From the IMG/VR virus record IMGVR_UViG_3300032038_000016, positions 32,001 through 96,000 of that record: DNA of 64,000 bases, one strand, 5' to 3'. The notes under the pieces are model-generated. The model searched no databases. It saw only the letters and a program-made list of their open reading frames with translations, and was not told where the DNA came from. Both the position numbers and the translations under genes were made by a program. Every line of letters begins with the position of its first letter. The stretch's first letter is position 1. Shown piece by piece: positions 17,770 through 27,634 of the stretch. The stretch is from a virus (lineage: Duplodnaviria > Caudoviricetes).

Positions 17770-20310
17770 ATGAATAAGTTAAAAGCCGATATCATGCTAC
17801 AGCAGCAAGGATCATATTATCAAGAAGAAGATATTGATGATGTTGAAAACAAAGATATCGATATCAAGCCGAAGAGAAAGAAAAAGAGAAGTAAGAAAGT
17901 TTCTTTTAATGATGAATGTGGTGATGGTGCAAATATTGGAACTAAAGAAGAGTGTGGTGATACTGACATTAGCTCTGTTCAAGAAACATCAAAACCTCGT
18001 AGAAAGAAGAAACCCAAGAAGGATATTACAATTGATACAGAAATTGATGATGTTGAGGAATCAGCTGTTCAAGCAACCAATAGAATGTCCATGAATGTTG
18101 GATCCAACAATATCACATTCGCAGGAAAAGATAATGAATGTGGACCAATCAAATATCATCTTTCGGATGGTGATGATGCAATGGCATCTCAAGATGTTGA
18201 TACAGATATTGACACTACCACAGAAGGATTTGGTTCTGGTTTAAAAGAAACTGTGAAACAGCCATTCAAGCAAGGTAAGAAAATTCTCAAAAGACAAATG
18301 GATTATGTCGGTGATGCAATTGATGTTTTTAAAGATGATCTGAAAGACATCAAGGATGATGGTATCAAGGGTGTATTGAATTTACCAGTTAGGCATTATA
18401 AGAGAGCTGTTGATACTGTGCAAAAGCACGATATCAAAAGAGCACATGATATCATGGATAACATGCAAGAATGGGAAGACGCATTTACATCAGACGGAAA
18501 AGTTGACAAGGCTGGCAAGAAAGTAAAGCGTGATTTAAAGAAAGCCGCAAGAAAGGCTTCTGATAAGATCGAAGATATGACAGAAGCAGCGGAAGTTGGT
18601 GTGGAAGATCAAACATCTGAATTTGATACTGAATGTGGTGATGGTTGTAATACAACAGGATTTAAAAAAGAATGCGGTGATTCTAAGGTTGGTTTCGATC
18701 AAGAATCAGCAAAACCTCGTAAAAAGAAAAAGAAGATTCCAAAAATTACTGAAGATGATATTGATTTCGAAGATGAAGCATCCGTTGAAGCAACCAATCG
18801 AATGTCAGCATCAGCGGGTTCTTCTAATATTACAACAACTGGATCTGGCAATAAAATTGAATCAATTGATTATACAAATGAAGATGTTGATCCGACTACT
18901 GAAACAACAGAGGGTGATGCATACAAGCCAGGTTATCACGACGAATATGCTGTGTATTTGATTAATCAAATTGATGAAGAACGATTACATTCCGAAAGAC
19001 AAGCATTAACGTCTATGATTGAATCCATTTATAAGGAATACGCAATGAGTGGGTTTGAAATGTCCGAAGATGCATTTATGGAAATGGATTCTGACGAAAA
19101 TGAAACAGAAGATGAATATTACCAAGAACGATTCTTCGGTGGAACAGGTAAGCAAGTAGAAGGTTTGGCTAAACCATTTGTCAAGGGTGCTAAGAAATTG
19201 AATGATATGCGTCATGGTGTTGGCAAGCCTGGTATCATCAGAAATGTGATTCATCGTACAAGTAAGGATTTGAAGAAGGGTGGTATTCTGTATAAATTAC
19301 TTACATGGCCATTCTTAGTTGTCAAGAATCTTGTACAAACAATTTATCACAAAGCAAAGTCATTTATTCAATACAAAGGGTTGTTATTAGGCATTGAAGT
19401 TAAGGTGAATCGTGAAATCTCTAAGATCAAGAAACGTGGTCGTGATTTACCAAAAATGGCTGTTGCAGGTGGTATTGGTTATGTAGCAACAGCAGCAGCT
19501 TCTATTGCAAAGGGTGAAGGTCTGCCATTAAATCCTATTGATTTCATCACAAGTGAAGGTGCTAAGATGATTAATGAGCTTGGTCGTGATACCATGATTC
19601 GCGCATTAACTTCTAAATTAGCAGATGCAATCGAGGATTCTCCAGAAGCAATCCGTGCTGTGTTAGCAAAGAAAAATGCAGTAAAAGGTAAGTTAACACC
19701 CGAAGCTGGTAAAAATTCCCCACCCATTATTACAATGAACAACAGCAAGATTACTGTTGAGAATTTGATTAACATGAAGGGTGTTGAGCAGTTGTTAAAT
19801 GATATTGACAACTGGGCTGATTTGGCAGAAACAACAGTTGTGAATGCAAAAGCTGGAGATGAAGCTACAATTAGAAGTTGTCTCACCAAAGCAAAGGATC
19901 TGGAATCCAGATATCTGAAAGATGGAAAACTTGACTTATCTGCAATCTTCAATAAGAAATCTGGGGCTGTTAAGATCTCCGAATTTTACGATGAATTATC
20001 TTCCAAACTGACAGAAAAGGCTCATGTCCTCGAGAAGGGATTAAATAAGTTGACCGAACTTGAGGGATCAATTAAGGAAGGTAACATTAGTATTACAGAA
20101 GATACACAAAAGACATTATCCGAGATTAATGTAGCATTACAACACGCATGCAATGCATTTGTAGAAGCAATCGAATCAATCGAAGATCTTGGTAAGTATG
20201 TCATGAGTACAATGGAAACTTATCTTGATTGCTTAAAGGAAACTTCCAGTTCCATGGTAAAGGGTAAGAACTCAAAAGCTCCTACTACTGCTACTGAGGA
20301 TGAAGAATGA
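17770..20310 (+). CDS. putative internal head/core protein with duplicated N-terminal module and internal shared leader
   Basis: Two copies of ECGDG..ECGD..QE..KPR.KKK..ATNRMS; internal IDEERLHSERQAL..IYKE..YYQE|R. Confidence 0.6.
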   Translation: MNKLKADIMLQQQGSYYQEEDIDDVENKDIDIKPKRKKKRSKKVSFNDECGDGANIGTKEECGDTDISSVQETSKPRRKKKPKKDITIDTEIDDVEESAVQATNRMSMNVGSNNITFAGKDNECGPIKYHLSDGDDAMASQDVDTDIDTTTEGFGSGLKETVKQPFKQGKKILKRQMDYVGDAIDVFKDDLKDIKDDGIKGVLNLPVRHYKRAVDTVQKHDIKRAHDIMDNMQEWEDAFTSDGKVDKAGKKVKRDLKKAARKASDKIEDMTEAAEVGVEDQTSEFDTECGDGCNTTGFKKECGDSKVGFDQESAKPRKKKKKIPKITEDDIDFEDEASVEATNRMSASAGSSNITTTGSGNKIESIDYTNEDVDPTTETTEGDAYKPGYHDEYAVYLINQIDEERLHSERQALTSMIESIYKEYAMSGFEMSEDAFMEMDSDENETEDEYYQERFFGGTGKQVEGLAKPFVKGAKKLNDMRHGVGKPGIIRNVIHRTSKDLKKGGILYKLLTWPFLVVKNLVQTIYHKAKSFIQYKGLLLGIEVKVNREISKIKKRGRDLPKMAVAGGIGYVATAAASIAKGEGLPLNPIDFITSEGAKMINELGRDTMIRALTSKLADAIEDSPEAIRAVLAKKNAVKGKLTPEAGKNSPPIITMNNSKITVENLINMKGVEQLLNDIDNWADLAETTVVNAKAGDEATIRSCLTKAKDLESRYLKDGKLDLSAIFNKKSGAVKISEFYDELSSKLTEKAHVLEKGLNKLTELEGSIKEGNISITEDTQKTLSEINVALQHACNAFVEAIESIEDLGKYVMSTMETYLDCLKETSSSMVKGKNSKAPTTATEDEE

Positions 20311-20340
20311 TAGTTTGTATTGTTATTGTAGGAGGTGGTC

Positions 20341-20844
20341 ATGATGCTTGATGTAAAAGGAATCACGTTAGCTGAGGTAAACAAGAGGTACCATCCGTTG
20401 TATCAAATATTGGGATATGATGTGTTAATGGATAATGATGAATTTGGTAAACCAAGAGTGATTTCAACATATGAAATGTGTGTCAATATCATCATTACAT
20501 TATTATTGATGAAACCTGGACAATATCCATCCATTCCAGATTTGGGGATTTATATTGAGCAATATCTGTTTGAATATTCTGATGATGAAAAGCTTTTGAA
20601 TAAAATAGTGAATCAAATCTATGATCAATGTAATCGTATTCAAATGACTGGAATTGAAATTAATGTCTTTTTCAATAAGCTTGAACCTTCACGACATGAA
20701 TTGTGCGTGGAGATTCGTGCCACGGATTTCTTAATACATGGACAAGATAAACCACCAATTGCAATTATTGGTATTTCACATGATAAACTGAATCAGCTGT
20801 ATATTCAACGATATACAGCTGATCAATTACAAGTAACGAAATAA
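20341..20844 (+). CDS. baseplate wedge subunit, gp25-like
   Basis: IITLLLMKPGQYPSIPDLGIYIEQYLFE matches the gp25/GPW pattern (LL-T-PGE..P-FG..L-F-E). Confidence 0.65.
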   Translation: MMLDVKGITLAEVNKRYHPLYQILGYDVLMDNDEFGKPRVISTYEMCVNIIITLLLMKPGQYPSIPDLGIYIEQYLFEYSDDEKLLNKIVNQIYDQCNRIQMTGIEINVFFNKLEPSRHELCVEIRATDFLIHGQDKPPIAIIGISHDKLNQLYIQRYTADQLQVTK

Positions 20845-20865
20845 ACGAGGAAGATGGTGATAAAA

Positions 20866-21747
20866 ATGTATGAAGCTGATATCCTATCAAAGATTGACGA
20901 ATTGGAATTGACCAATTTAGAAGCAAAAATCCAAACATATGATGCTGTGGGCGACCAATTGCTTAAGGAATATTACATGTATTCTTCAGGAGTTGTTCAA
21001 GAAGGTGCAGTAACAAATGGTGTTAGAGATGATGGTAGAGTTCCTACATTAAATAAGATTGCAAACTGGTTTGGTAGAATGGTTACACAAATTGCATCAT
21101 GGTTAGCTAAAAGACATATTGACCGAACTTTGAAAAAAATCTATGAATCTGATCGTTATTCTGATAATGATATTTTCGAAGGATTGTTTGTTGATAACGA
21201 TTGGTATCGTGATAACGTAATCAATGCTAGAACATATCTGAATGAACAGATTCAAAGGTACATGGTTAACGAAGCGGGTGGATCTAGAGATCCTGGATTA
21301 AATAATGTCTTTAGAGATCGCAGAGCTTTCACATCTGCGGTTCGTGGTGTTGACAAACTTCGCTCTGAATTACATGAATCCCTGTCGGATATTCGACATA
21401 TTACAGCGATTAATGATAACACCCATCACGTCAAAGACAAAAGAAAACAAGATGTGTTTAACTTCATGAGATCTGTTGCAGAAGATAATGAACATCTAAC
21501 TGATATGGTTAGAGCAATGCGTAGATCCATTCCGTATGTAAAAGAAGTTGCAGATCGATTAAGTGCAAATGATTTAAATTTGAAAAAGAACAATGAAGCT
21601 GTCAAAGATCAGTATGTAAAATTTGTATCAGATACAACGCGATGTGCGTTGATGCTTGCACAGATTCAAGCAGTCATTTGTGATCGAATCAGACATACGA
21701 TTGGTCGTGTCCATAACAATGGAGAGGGCGGTGACGAACCAGCATGA
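20866..21747 (+). CDS. putative internal head protein, shared-leader family
   Basis: IDELEL..DQLLKEYY..VVQE|GA then LNKIANWFGRMVTQIASWL. Confidence 0.6.
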   Translation: MYEADILSKIDELELTNLEAKIQTYDAVGDQLLKEYYMYSSGVVQEGAVTNGVRDDGRVPTLNKIANWFGRMVTQIASWLAKRHIDRTLKKIYESDRYSDNDIFEGLFVDNDWYRDNVINARTYLNEQIQRYMVNEAGGSRDPGLNNVFRDRRAFTSAVRGVDKLRSELHESLSDIRHITAINDNTHHVKDKRKQDVFNFMRSVAEDNEHLTDMVRAMRRSIPYVKEVADRLSANDLNLKKNNEAVKDQYVKFVSDTTRCALMLAQIQAVICDRIRHTIGRVHNNGEGGDEPA

Positions 21748-22805
21748 TTAATGTAGAATCAATGGTTGATCGTTCTCAAGTAGAAGTATTACTTGCATTA
21801 GGTGATAACTTATTAAAAGAACAAGCTTATGTAGAATCTTTCTACAATGAAGCCGCAAGTGAAGTTGGTTTATTTCAAAAGGCATTAGATTTTATTTCAA
21901 GAACCATTACAAAATTTCTTGCATGGTTACGTAAAAAGAAATTGGACAGATGTAAAGAACGATTGACAAAGCTCAAAGATAATGTAAAAGTTAATGACCA
22001 ATTTGCTGATCCAAAAACGATGTACACATATTTTTATCCAGACAATTGGTTTGGTCCCGAGGTAATGAAACCTTGTCGTGAATTACATGAATTATCATTT
22101 GCAAAAATAATTGCAAGTGGTCAAGTAAAAGATATTCATAAGATTTTGGTGAATCGTGATATGCCAAAATTAGAGCATATTTGTCGAATATTAAAAGAAG
22201 CTGTTAGTAAAGTCAACAAGTTTTCTGTTCCAGCAGGACCTGTTAATGTGAGTCACGAGGGAAAAGGTAGTATTGAAACAGCCATTAAGTTCATTGATCA
22301 TTGTTCCACGACGGTTTATCAAGATTTACAAAAGTCATTAGCTTCTATTAAGGTTATTAAAGATTATGAGAAAGGGAAGAATCTTCAAGATAGCAAAGCT
22401 GTTTCTGATTCTTGGACACACGCCATGACACTTCTTGCACAAGCATATTTGAATGAGATGGCAATTGCAATTGATGTTGAGAAGACACTCACAGCAGGTG
22501 CTACTGTTCGCAGAATTTCTTCCATGGGTAAACAAAAAGTTTATAATGAATTGGAATTGAATGATTTATACACCGCGATTAATGAAATCTTTAATAATGA
22601 TATTAATCCAGCATCCAAAGCAGTTTATGCCAATACAGTTAAGATGGGTGAAAATGCCATTCGTGTTGATATTGTATATTCAGCAAAAGATGGAACAAAT
22701 AAAGTTGTGTCATTAAATGCAAAGAAATTAGCAGATGCAACATCACGTTTCATCAATAAGGGTGGAGTACAAGGTCGCCCCATCACTAAGGGGATGTTGA
22801 AATGA
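21744..22805 (+). CDS. putative internal head protein, shared-leader family
   Basis: SQVEVLLALGDNLLKEQ..FYNE|AA then LFQKALDFISRTITKFLAWL. Confidence 0.6.
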   Translation: MINVESMVDRSQVEVLLALGDNLLKEQAYVESFYNEAASEVGLFQKALDFISRTITKFLAWLRKKKLDRCKERLTKLKDNVKVNDQFADPKTMYTYFYPDNWFGPEVMKPCRELHELSFAKIIASGQVKDIHKILVNRDMPKLEHICRILKEAVSKVNKFSVPAGPVNVSHEGKGSIETAIKFIDHCSTTVYQDLQKSLASIKVIKDYEKGKNLQDSKAVSDSWTHAMTLLAQAYLNEMAIAIDVEKTLTAGATVRRISSMGKQKVYNELELNDLYTAINEIFNNDINPASKAVYANTVKMGENAIRVDIVYSAKDGTNKVVSLNAKKLADATSRFINKGGVQGRPITKGMLK

Positions 22806-23542
22806 CACCAAAACGAAAAAAGATTCAAGACAAAGTAATTGAAGTTATGTCATTAATGGATCCCACACAGATCAATGCAAAGAAATATGCATCCATGTTC
22901 AATGGCATGTCAGATCAACAATTTTCAAAATGGATTACGGATTTCTTGAAAGATGAGAAATCCAATTTCCGTTTGGATATTGAAGAATTCGGCAGTAATG
23001 GTTCCCGTGTATTAAAATTTGAAAATGTAACGAAAGCTGCTGAAGCATTACAAGTTCCATTGTTTGAGTATGTTTACATGCCACATATCTCAGCAAATCC
23101 AAAAAATCCGATTCGTACAAAACAAAAAGTATTGGTTGGGTATTTGAATATTAAGCGTGTACAGCAATTTGTTACGAAGAAGACTGGATTAACAATGTCC
23201 GATTCCAACCGTGATGAAATTACTGGACGTCTCAAAGGTAAATCCAAAGGTGGTGTCAGTACAGCAATTGAAAATGAGGTATTGGCCGGCATGGGAGCCG
23301 ACCAAGTTATGTCCGAATTCCTTGGGTCTCGTGCTGATAACGTACAAGAATATGACGCGATGTTACAATCAATCGCTGAGCGAGGGAATGTCAAATTAGA
23401 AGATATCAAAACCAGCACATTTGACAAGCCATCATTATTATTAGCGGATACATATTTAATGTGTATGGGTTTAAAGACAGATCTTGTGTCTGAAGCATAT
23501 TATTCCATTGATAAGATTCGTGCAGCGATGGGTCGTGAATAA
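22802..23542 (+). CDS. phage multisubunit RNA polymerase beta subunit, C-terminal fragment (split, virion-RNAP-like)
   Basis: VLVGYLNIKRVQQFVTKK..RDEITGRLKGKSKGG..AIENEVLAGMGA aligns by eye to the RpoB C-terminus (VGYMY.LKL.H.V.DK...TQQP..GKA..GG..GEME..AL.AYGA). Confidence 0.75.
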   Translation: MTPKRKKIQDKVIEVMSLMDPTQINAKKYASMFNGMSDQQFSKWITDFLKDEKSNFRLDIEEFGSNGSRVLKFENVTKAAEALQVPLFEYVYMPHISANPKNPIRTKQKVLVGYLNIKRVQQFVTKKTGLTMSDSNRDEITGRLKGKSKGGVSTAIENEVLAGMGADQVMSEFLGSRADNVQEYDAMLQSIAERGNVKLEDIKTSTFDKPSLLLADTYLMCMGLKTDLVSEAYYSIDKIRAAMGRE

Positions 23543-23556
23543 TATAGAAGAAAGGA

Positions 23557-24075
23557 ATGAATGATATGAAAGTTAATGTAAATGGTAGAGGTGTAATTCC
23601 GGGTGTCGGTGTTCTCGCACCACAAAGAGGAATTGATTTAACACAACAACAAGTCAGAAGAATTCTGAATTATCGTCAGTTCACAGTCAGTGTTGCTGAA
23701 ACTGGTAAGTTGATCACAAAGACAAATATTGCGACAGTATTTGACACAGATCCAATTGAAAAATTCAAGAAGGAATACGAAGAGAAGACGACAAAAGTAG
23801 CTCCAGCAGTCAAAGTAGTTGTCGAAAAACCAGTTGAAGAAAAGAAGGAAGAAGTTGTAAAAGAAGAATATGTTGCACCAGTAATTGAAATTATTGATGA
23901 TTCTTTTACAGTTGAAAAGCCAGTTGAAGAGAGACATGCTCAGATCATTGGTAATAATCCAGATATGGAATTTGAATATGAAGACGAAGTGGAAACAAAC
24001 GCTGAAGAATCTAATGATGATGATGTAGCAGATCGTCCGAATAAGAAAAAGAAGAAAAGAAACAGACATTGGTGA
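23557..24075 (+). CDS. hypothetical protein (acidic, basic C-terminal tail)
   Basis: ORF with RBS in the operon. Confidence 0.7.
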   Translation: MNDMKVNVNGRGVIPGVGVLAPQRGIDLTQQQVRRILNYRQFTVSVAETGKLITKTNIATVFDTDPIEKFKKEYEEKTTKVAPAVKVVVEKPVEEKKEEVVKEEYVAPVIEIIDDSFTVEKPVEERHAQIIGNNPDMEFEYEDEVETNAEESNDDDVADRPNKKKKKRNRHW

Positions 24076-24087
24076 GAGGTGATCCAT

Positions 24088-25281
24088 ATGTACATTATGG
24101 AACAAGAACTCACCGAATATGACATCATGTCATGGTTTCAAGAAGCAGTGGCAGATCCAGATTCTCCATTACGGAAAAAGATTATTGATCCGATTGTGCA
24201 GGTGTTAGAAACACCTGCTGGTCGGAAAGAATATATTAAATATGGAACCGAGTTTCTTGATTCTAATGCGGAAATGTTGGCAAAAGAATTCCCAACAAAA
24301 CGTGTATCTTATCCAAGAATGTATGTTGATCGAATATTGGATTTGTTTGGTTTCACCAGTCAACAATTGAAAGCTGATTTTAAAGAATTGGCAAAAGAGG
24401 TTAATGATAAAACGGATTTCAAAACATTAACATCCACGCCAACAAACATCATTCATGCGATTGCATTATTTTATTCCGATGCAGTACAGCATGCACAATT
24501 ACGTGAATCAGCAAAACAACAACTTGGTTTAACCACATACGGTTTGGTGTTCAATCACCAATTTCCAGATGCAGAACCGGATGTTGCGACGATGACGTAT
24601 ACTTACATGCATTTGGACAATTCATGGGGATTGGTTAAGAGTGAGAATGTTATGAATTGGATCGGTCAAACAACCGAAACATCATTCGCATTTTGGAGAT
24701 CAAAATTATCATTGAATATGAGTACGAAAACACTGATTGATTTCTTGAATCGTGTTCGTTCATCATTCCAACAGAATATGCGTACATTAGCCCGTCGCTA
24801 TTATCAAGATATTGCTGATAAGAATCGTGTTGGTGATGATTTAATTGGTGATGAAGATCATGTTGCAACATCAAATACTACAACATTACGAAACAATCTT
24901 GTTCGTTTAATTACAACAGGTGATCGTGATTATAAGACAAAAAGCAACTTGTATAAAGCTACCGCAGAGCAAAAGAATGTTCGTGTGGATGATTTATATG
25001 AATTGGCACAACGTGTTGAAACAAAAGATATTGCGAACATTATTGATTTAATCTTTTATGTGTTTATTGTAAAAGAAAATCATACCGTTGATGAGATCAA
25101 TACATCAGCATATATTTCTAGAATCACCAAAATGCCAACTGCGATTGATCGTGCAATTGCGGGGAAACCTGTGATTGATCCATTTGTGAAAAAATATAAA
25201 TGTACCGATTTATTGGCAAAGGCATACATTTGCTTATTAGCAACATTTATCATTATGAAAATTAATCAAGTGAAGAAGTGA
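24088..25281 (+). CDS. hypothetical virion-associated protein
   Basis: Long ORF; GAGGTG RBS; N-terminal WFQE|A putative maturation site. Confidence 0.6.
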   Translation: MYIMEQELTEYDIMSWFQEAVADPDSPLRKKIIDPIVQVLETPAGRKEYIKYGTEFLDSNAEMLAKEFPTKRVSYPRMYVDRILDLFGFTSQQLKADFKELAKEVNDKTDFKTLTSTPTNIIHAIALFYSDAVQHAQLRESAKQQLGLTTYGLVFNHQFPDAEPDVATMTYTYMHLDNSWGLVKSENVMNWIGQTTETSFAFWRSKLSLNMSTKTLIDFLNRVRSSFQQNMRTLARRYYQDIADKNRVGDDLIGDEDHVATSNTTTLRNNLVRLITTGDRDYKTKSNLYKATAEQKNVRVDDLYELAQRVETKDIANIIDLIFYVFIVKENHTVDEINTSAYISRITKMPTAIDRAIAGKPVIDPFVKKYKCTDLLAKAYICLLATFIIMKINQVKK

Positions 25282-25291
25282 GGTGACGACG

Positions 25292-26395
25292 ATGATTGAT
25301 GATACAGTGTTTAAATCCGAAATAAATGTTTTACTAAAAATGGGTGAATACTATAGTAAGCAAATTGTTATGGAATCCGAATTAGTTACACCTGTCCCAA
25401 CATCGGTAGATTCTGTTTCAAAGTGGAATCAATTCGTCAATTGGGTGACGAGATGTATTAAAACAATTCTTGCTAAGATTAGTAAAAAACGACTGGAGAA
25501 ACAAATTAATGATTTGACGTCGAAAAGTTTAAATGGTAAAGAATATCGTATCGATGCATCAACACTTCGAACACTTAATAATTTGATTGGCATTGGTGGA
25601 CGAATGCATGTGAATCCATACGGATATCAATATGATTTCAAGAATCCATCATTTGATAAAAATGATGGGAAATTGTATCAACAACGTGCGGATTATTTAA
25701 CACAACATCGTTTCAAACCAATCGAAAGGTCTGGAACACTTCGAACATTATCTGCTGACGAACTTCGAAAATATCTTGATGCTATTAAAGATAATAGCAT
25801 CAAAATTGCCAATCGACTTGTTGGAATTCAATCACATATCGATGAAACAAAAAAGCAATTATCTGATGAAGATCGTAAGAATGAGGCATTCCAGCAATAT
25901 GTTAGAATGTTGACATTTGAATTATCCAATGATTTAAAGATTGTACAATTTATCAATGGCTTTTTGGATGCTGCAAAATTATTTTCCAAAAAGGCATCAG
26001 ATGATGGTGTGATCGAAATTGATGGTAATGAATCCACAGAAGATGATAATAAAACAACTGATGACACCAATAATGATGCATCATCAAAATCAGATAATTC
26101 ATTTCCGCCAAAAATAAAATATGAAATTAAGAATGCAATTGTGAAAAAAGCAGTTGACGGATTTGTATTTAAAAAGCATACAAAATGTGAAGCTGTTTAT
26201 GCAAAATTACAATCTGATGGAGACACGCTACTTGTTCAATATGATTTAAACGAGGGAACTGATAATGATCTTCATGAGTATCGATTCTCTGTTAATAAAT
26301 ATAAAAATGAATTCCCATGGAGTATGGTATTAAAAGCCATGGGAATTGATAAAGTAATGAAACAAATCAAGGGTGGCGTTGTTATTAGACGATAG
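25292..26395 (+). CDS. putative internal head protein, shared-leader family
   Basis: IDDTVFKSEINVLLKMGEYYSKQIVME|S then VSKWNQFVNWVTR. Confidence 0.65.
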   Translation: MIDDTVFKSEINVLLKMGEYYSKQIVMESELVTPVPTSVDSVSKWNQFVNWVTRCIKTILAKISKKRLEKQINDLTSKSLNGKEYRIDASTLRTLNNLIGIGGRMHVNPYGYQYDFKNPSFDKNDGKLYQQRADYLTQHRFKPIERSGTLRTLSADELRKYLDAIKDNSIKIANRLVGIQSHIDETKKQLSDEDRKNEAFQQYVRMLTFELSNDLKIVQFINGFLDAAKLFSKKASDDGVIEIDGNESTEDDNKTTDDTNNDASSKSDNSFPPKIKYEIKNAIVKKAVDGFVFKKHTKCEAVYAKLQSDGDTLLVQYDLNEGTDNDLHEYRFSVNKYKNEFPWSMVLKAMGIDKVMKQIKGGVVIRR

Positions 26396-26412
26396 AAAGG
26401 AGTGATTCATAA

Positions 26413-27615
26413 ATGGATATTATGATATTAGAATATATCGATGATATTGAACATGGTTCTTTGATCAGCGAATATGAAGTAATTCAATCATTATGTGATT
26501 CATATATCAAGCAGATCCATATGAATCAATTTGTTTTGGAAGACGGAGAATCCAAACCAGATGATGGTAAAAAGAAAGATTCCGATAAAGGAAGTACAAG
26601 TAAGCCACCGTCATTCTTAGAAAAAGCAATTAATTTTGTAAAAAGACTTATAGTGAAAATAAGAACAATGATTGGTATGAAACGAGTTGGTGCTTTTCAA
26701 AATATTTACAAAAGAAATTGGGATATGTTTGAAAATAAATATCAAGAGACAATGTATAAAAATATTGATAACCTTGTCTATGTCAAGAGAAAAGAGATAG
26801 TGCATGATGATGGTGTTGAGAAAGAATTAGAATATGATACCGCTGTATATCCAATAAAAGATATCATCGCCATCAAACCAAAATGGATAGAAAATATATA
26901 TAATACACTTGATTCATTTATTAATAACTGCAGTAAATCATTATCCGCTGGAGAAGCAAGTTCATCAAGATTATTATTAACATATTATCATGATATTAAA
27001 TATGATACTCTTGTGAAAAAAATTGAAAGTTACGAATCTAAGATTAATGAAAAATATGAAGAACTTGGTAAACTTGAAAAAGATATGCGTGATAATAGTG
27101 AAAATCCAGAAGTATTGGTTCCGAGATATAAATCTATTCTGGAAAAAATAAACATGCCTGATGCGATAGAGCAAAAGACTAATGAAGAACATGTGTTCGG
27201 TGTTTTTTTTGCTAGAGAGGGTAGCAAACATTTTTCAAAAATAAGGATGATGTATTATTATATCAATGATGCAGAAAAAAGTATAAAAGATGCAAAAGCC
27301 GTAGAAAAACTTTATGGTGAAGAAAAAAATAATGACAACTTATCATTTTTTGCAAAATACATAACAAAATTTATGATTCTCATGCATAAATTTACATTAA
27401 TATTCGTTAAAGTTTTATCAGTATCAGCTTTAGAATTAAAGCATTTATGTAGAAAAATAGGAATAAAGGATATTGGTAAAATAAATACATTTTATGATCC
27501 AAACACACTTGAGGATCATCAATCAAAATATACCGTGGATGACACATACCATACCACTAGAAAAGATCTAAAATCACAAAATGTTAGCAAAAATGAAATC
27601 AGAGCATTCACATAA
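26413..27615 (+). CDS. putative internal head protein, shared-leader family
   Basis: IDDIEHGSLISEYEVIQSLCDSYIKQ..FVLE|DG then FLEKAINFVKRLIVKI. Confidence 0.65.
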   Translation: MDIMILEYIDDIEHGSLISEYEVIQSLCDSYIKQIHMNQFVLEDGESKPDDGKKKDSDKGSTSKPPSFLEKAINFVKRLIVKIRTMIGMKRVGAFQNIYKRNWDMFENKYQETMYKNIDNLVYVKRKEIVHDDGVEKELEYDTAVYPIKDIIAIKPKWIENIYNTLDSFINNCSKSLSAGEASSSRLLLTYYHDIKYDTLVKKIESYESKINEKYEELGKLEKDMRDNSENPEVLVPRYKSILEKINMPDAIEQKTNEEHVFGVFFAREGSKHFSKIRMMYYYINDAEKSIKDAKAVEKLYGEEKNNDNLSFFAKYITKFMILMHKFTLIFVKVLSVSALELKHLCRKIGIKDIGKINTFYDPNTLEDHQSKYTVDDTYHTTRKDLKSQNVSKNEIRAFT

Positions 27616-27634
27616 ATAAAAAGGATGATGAAAC

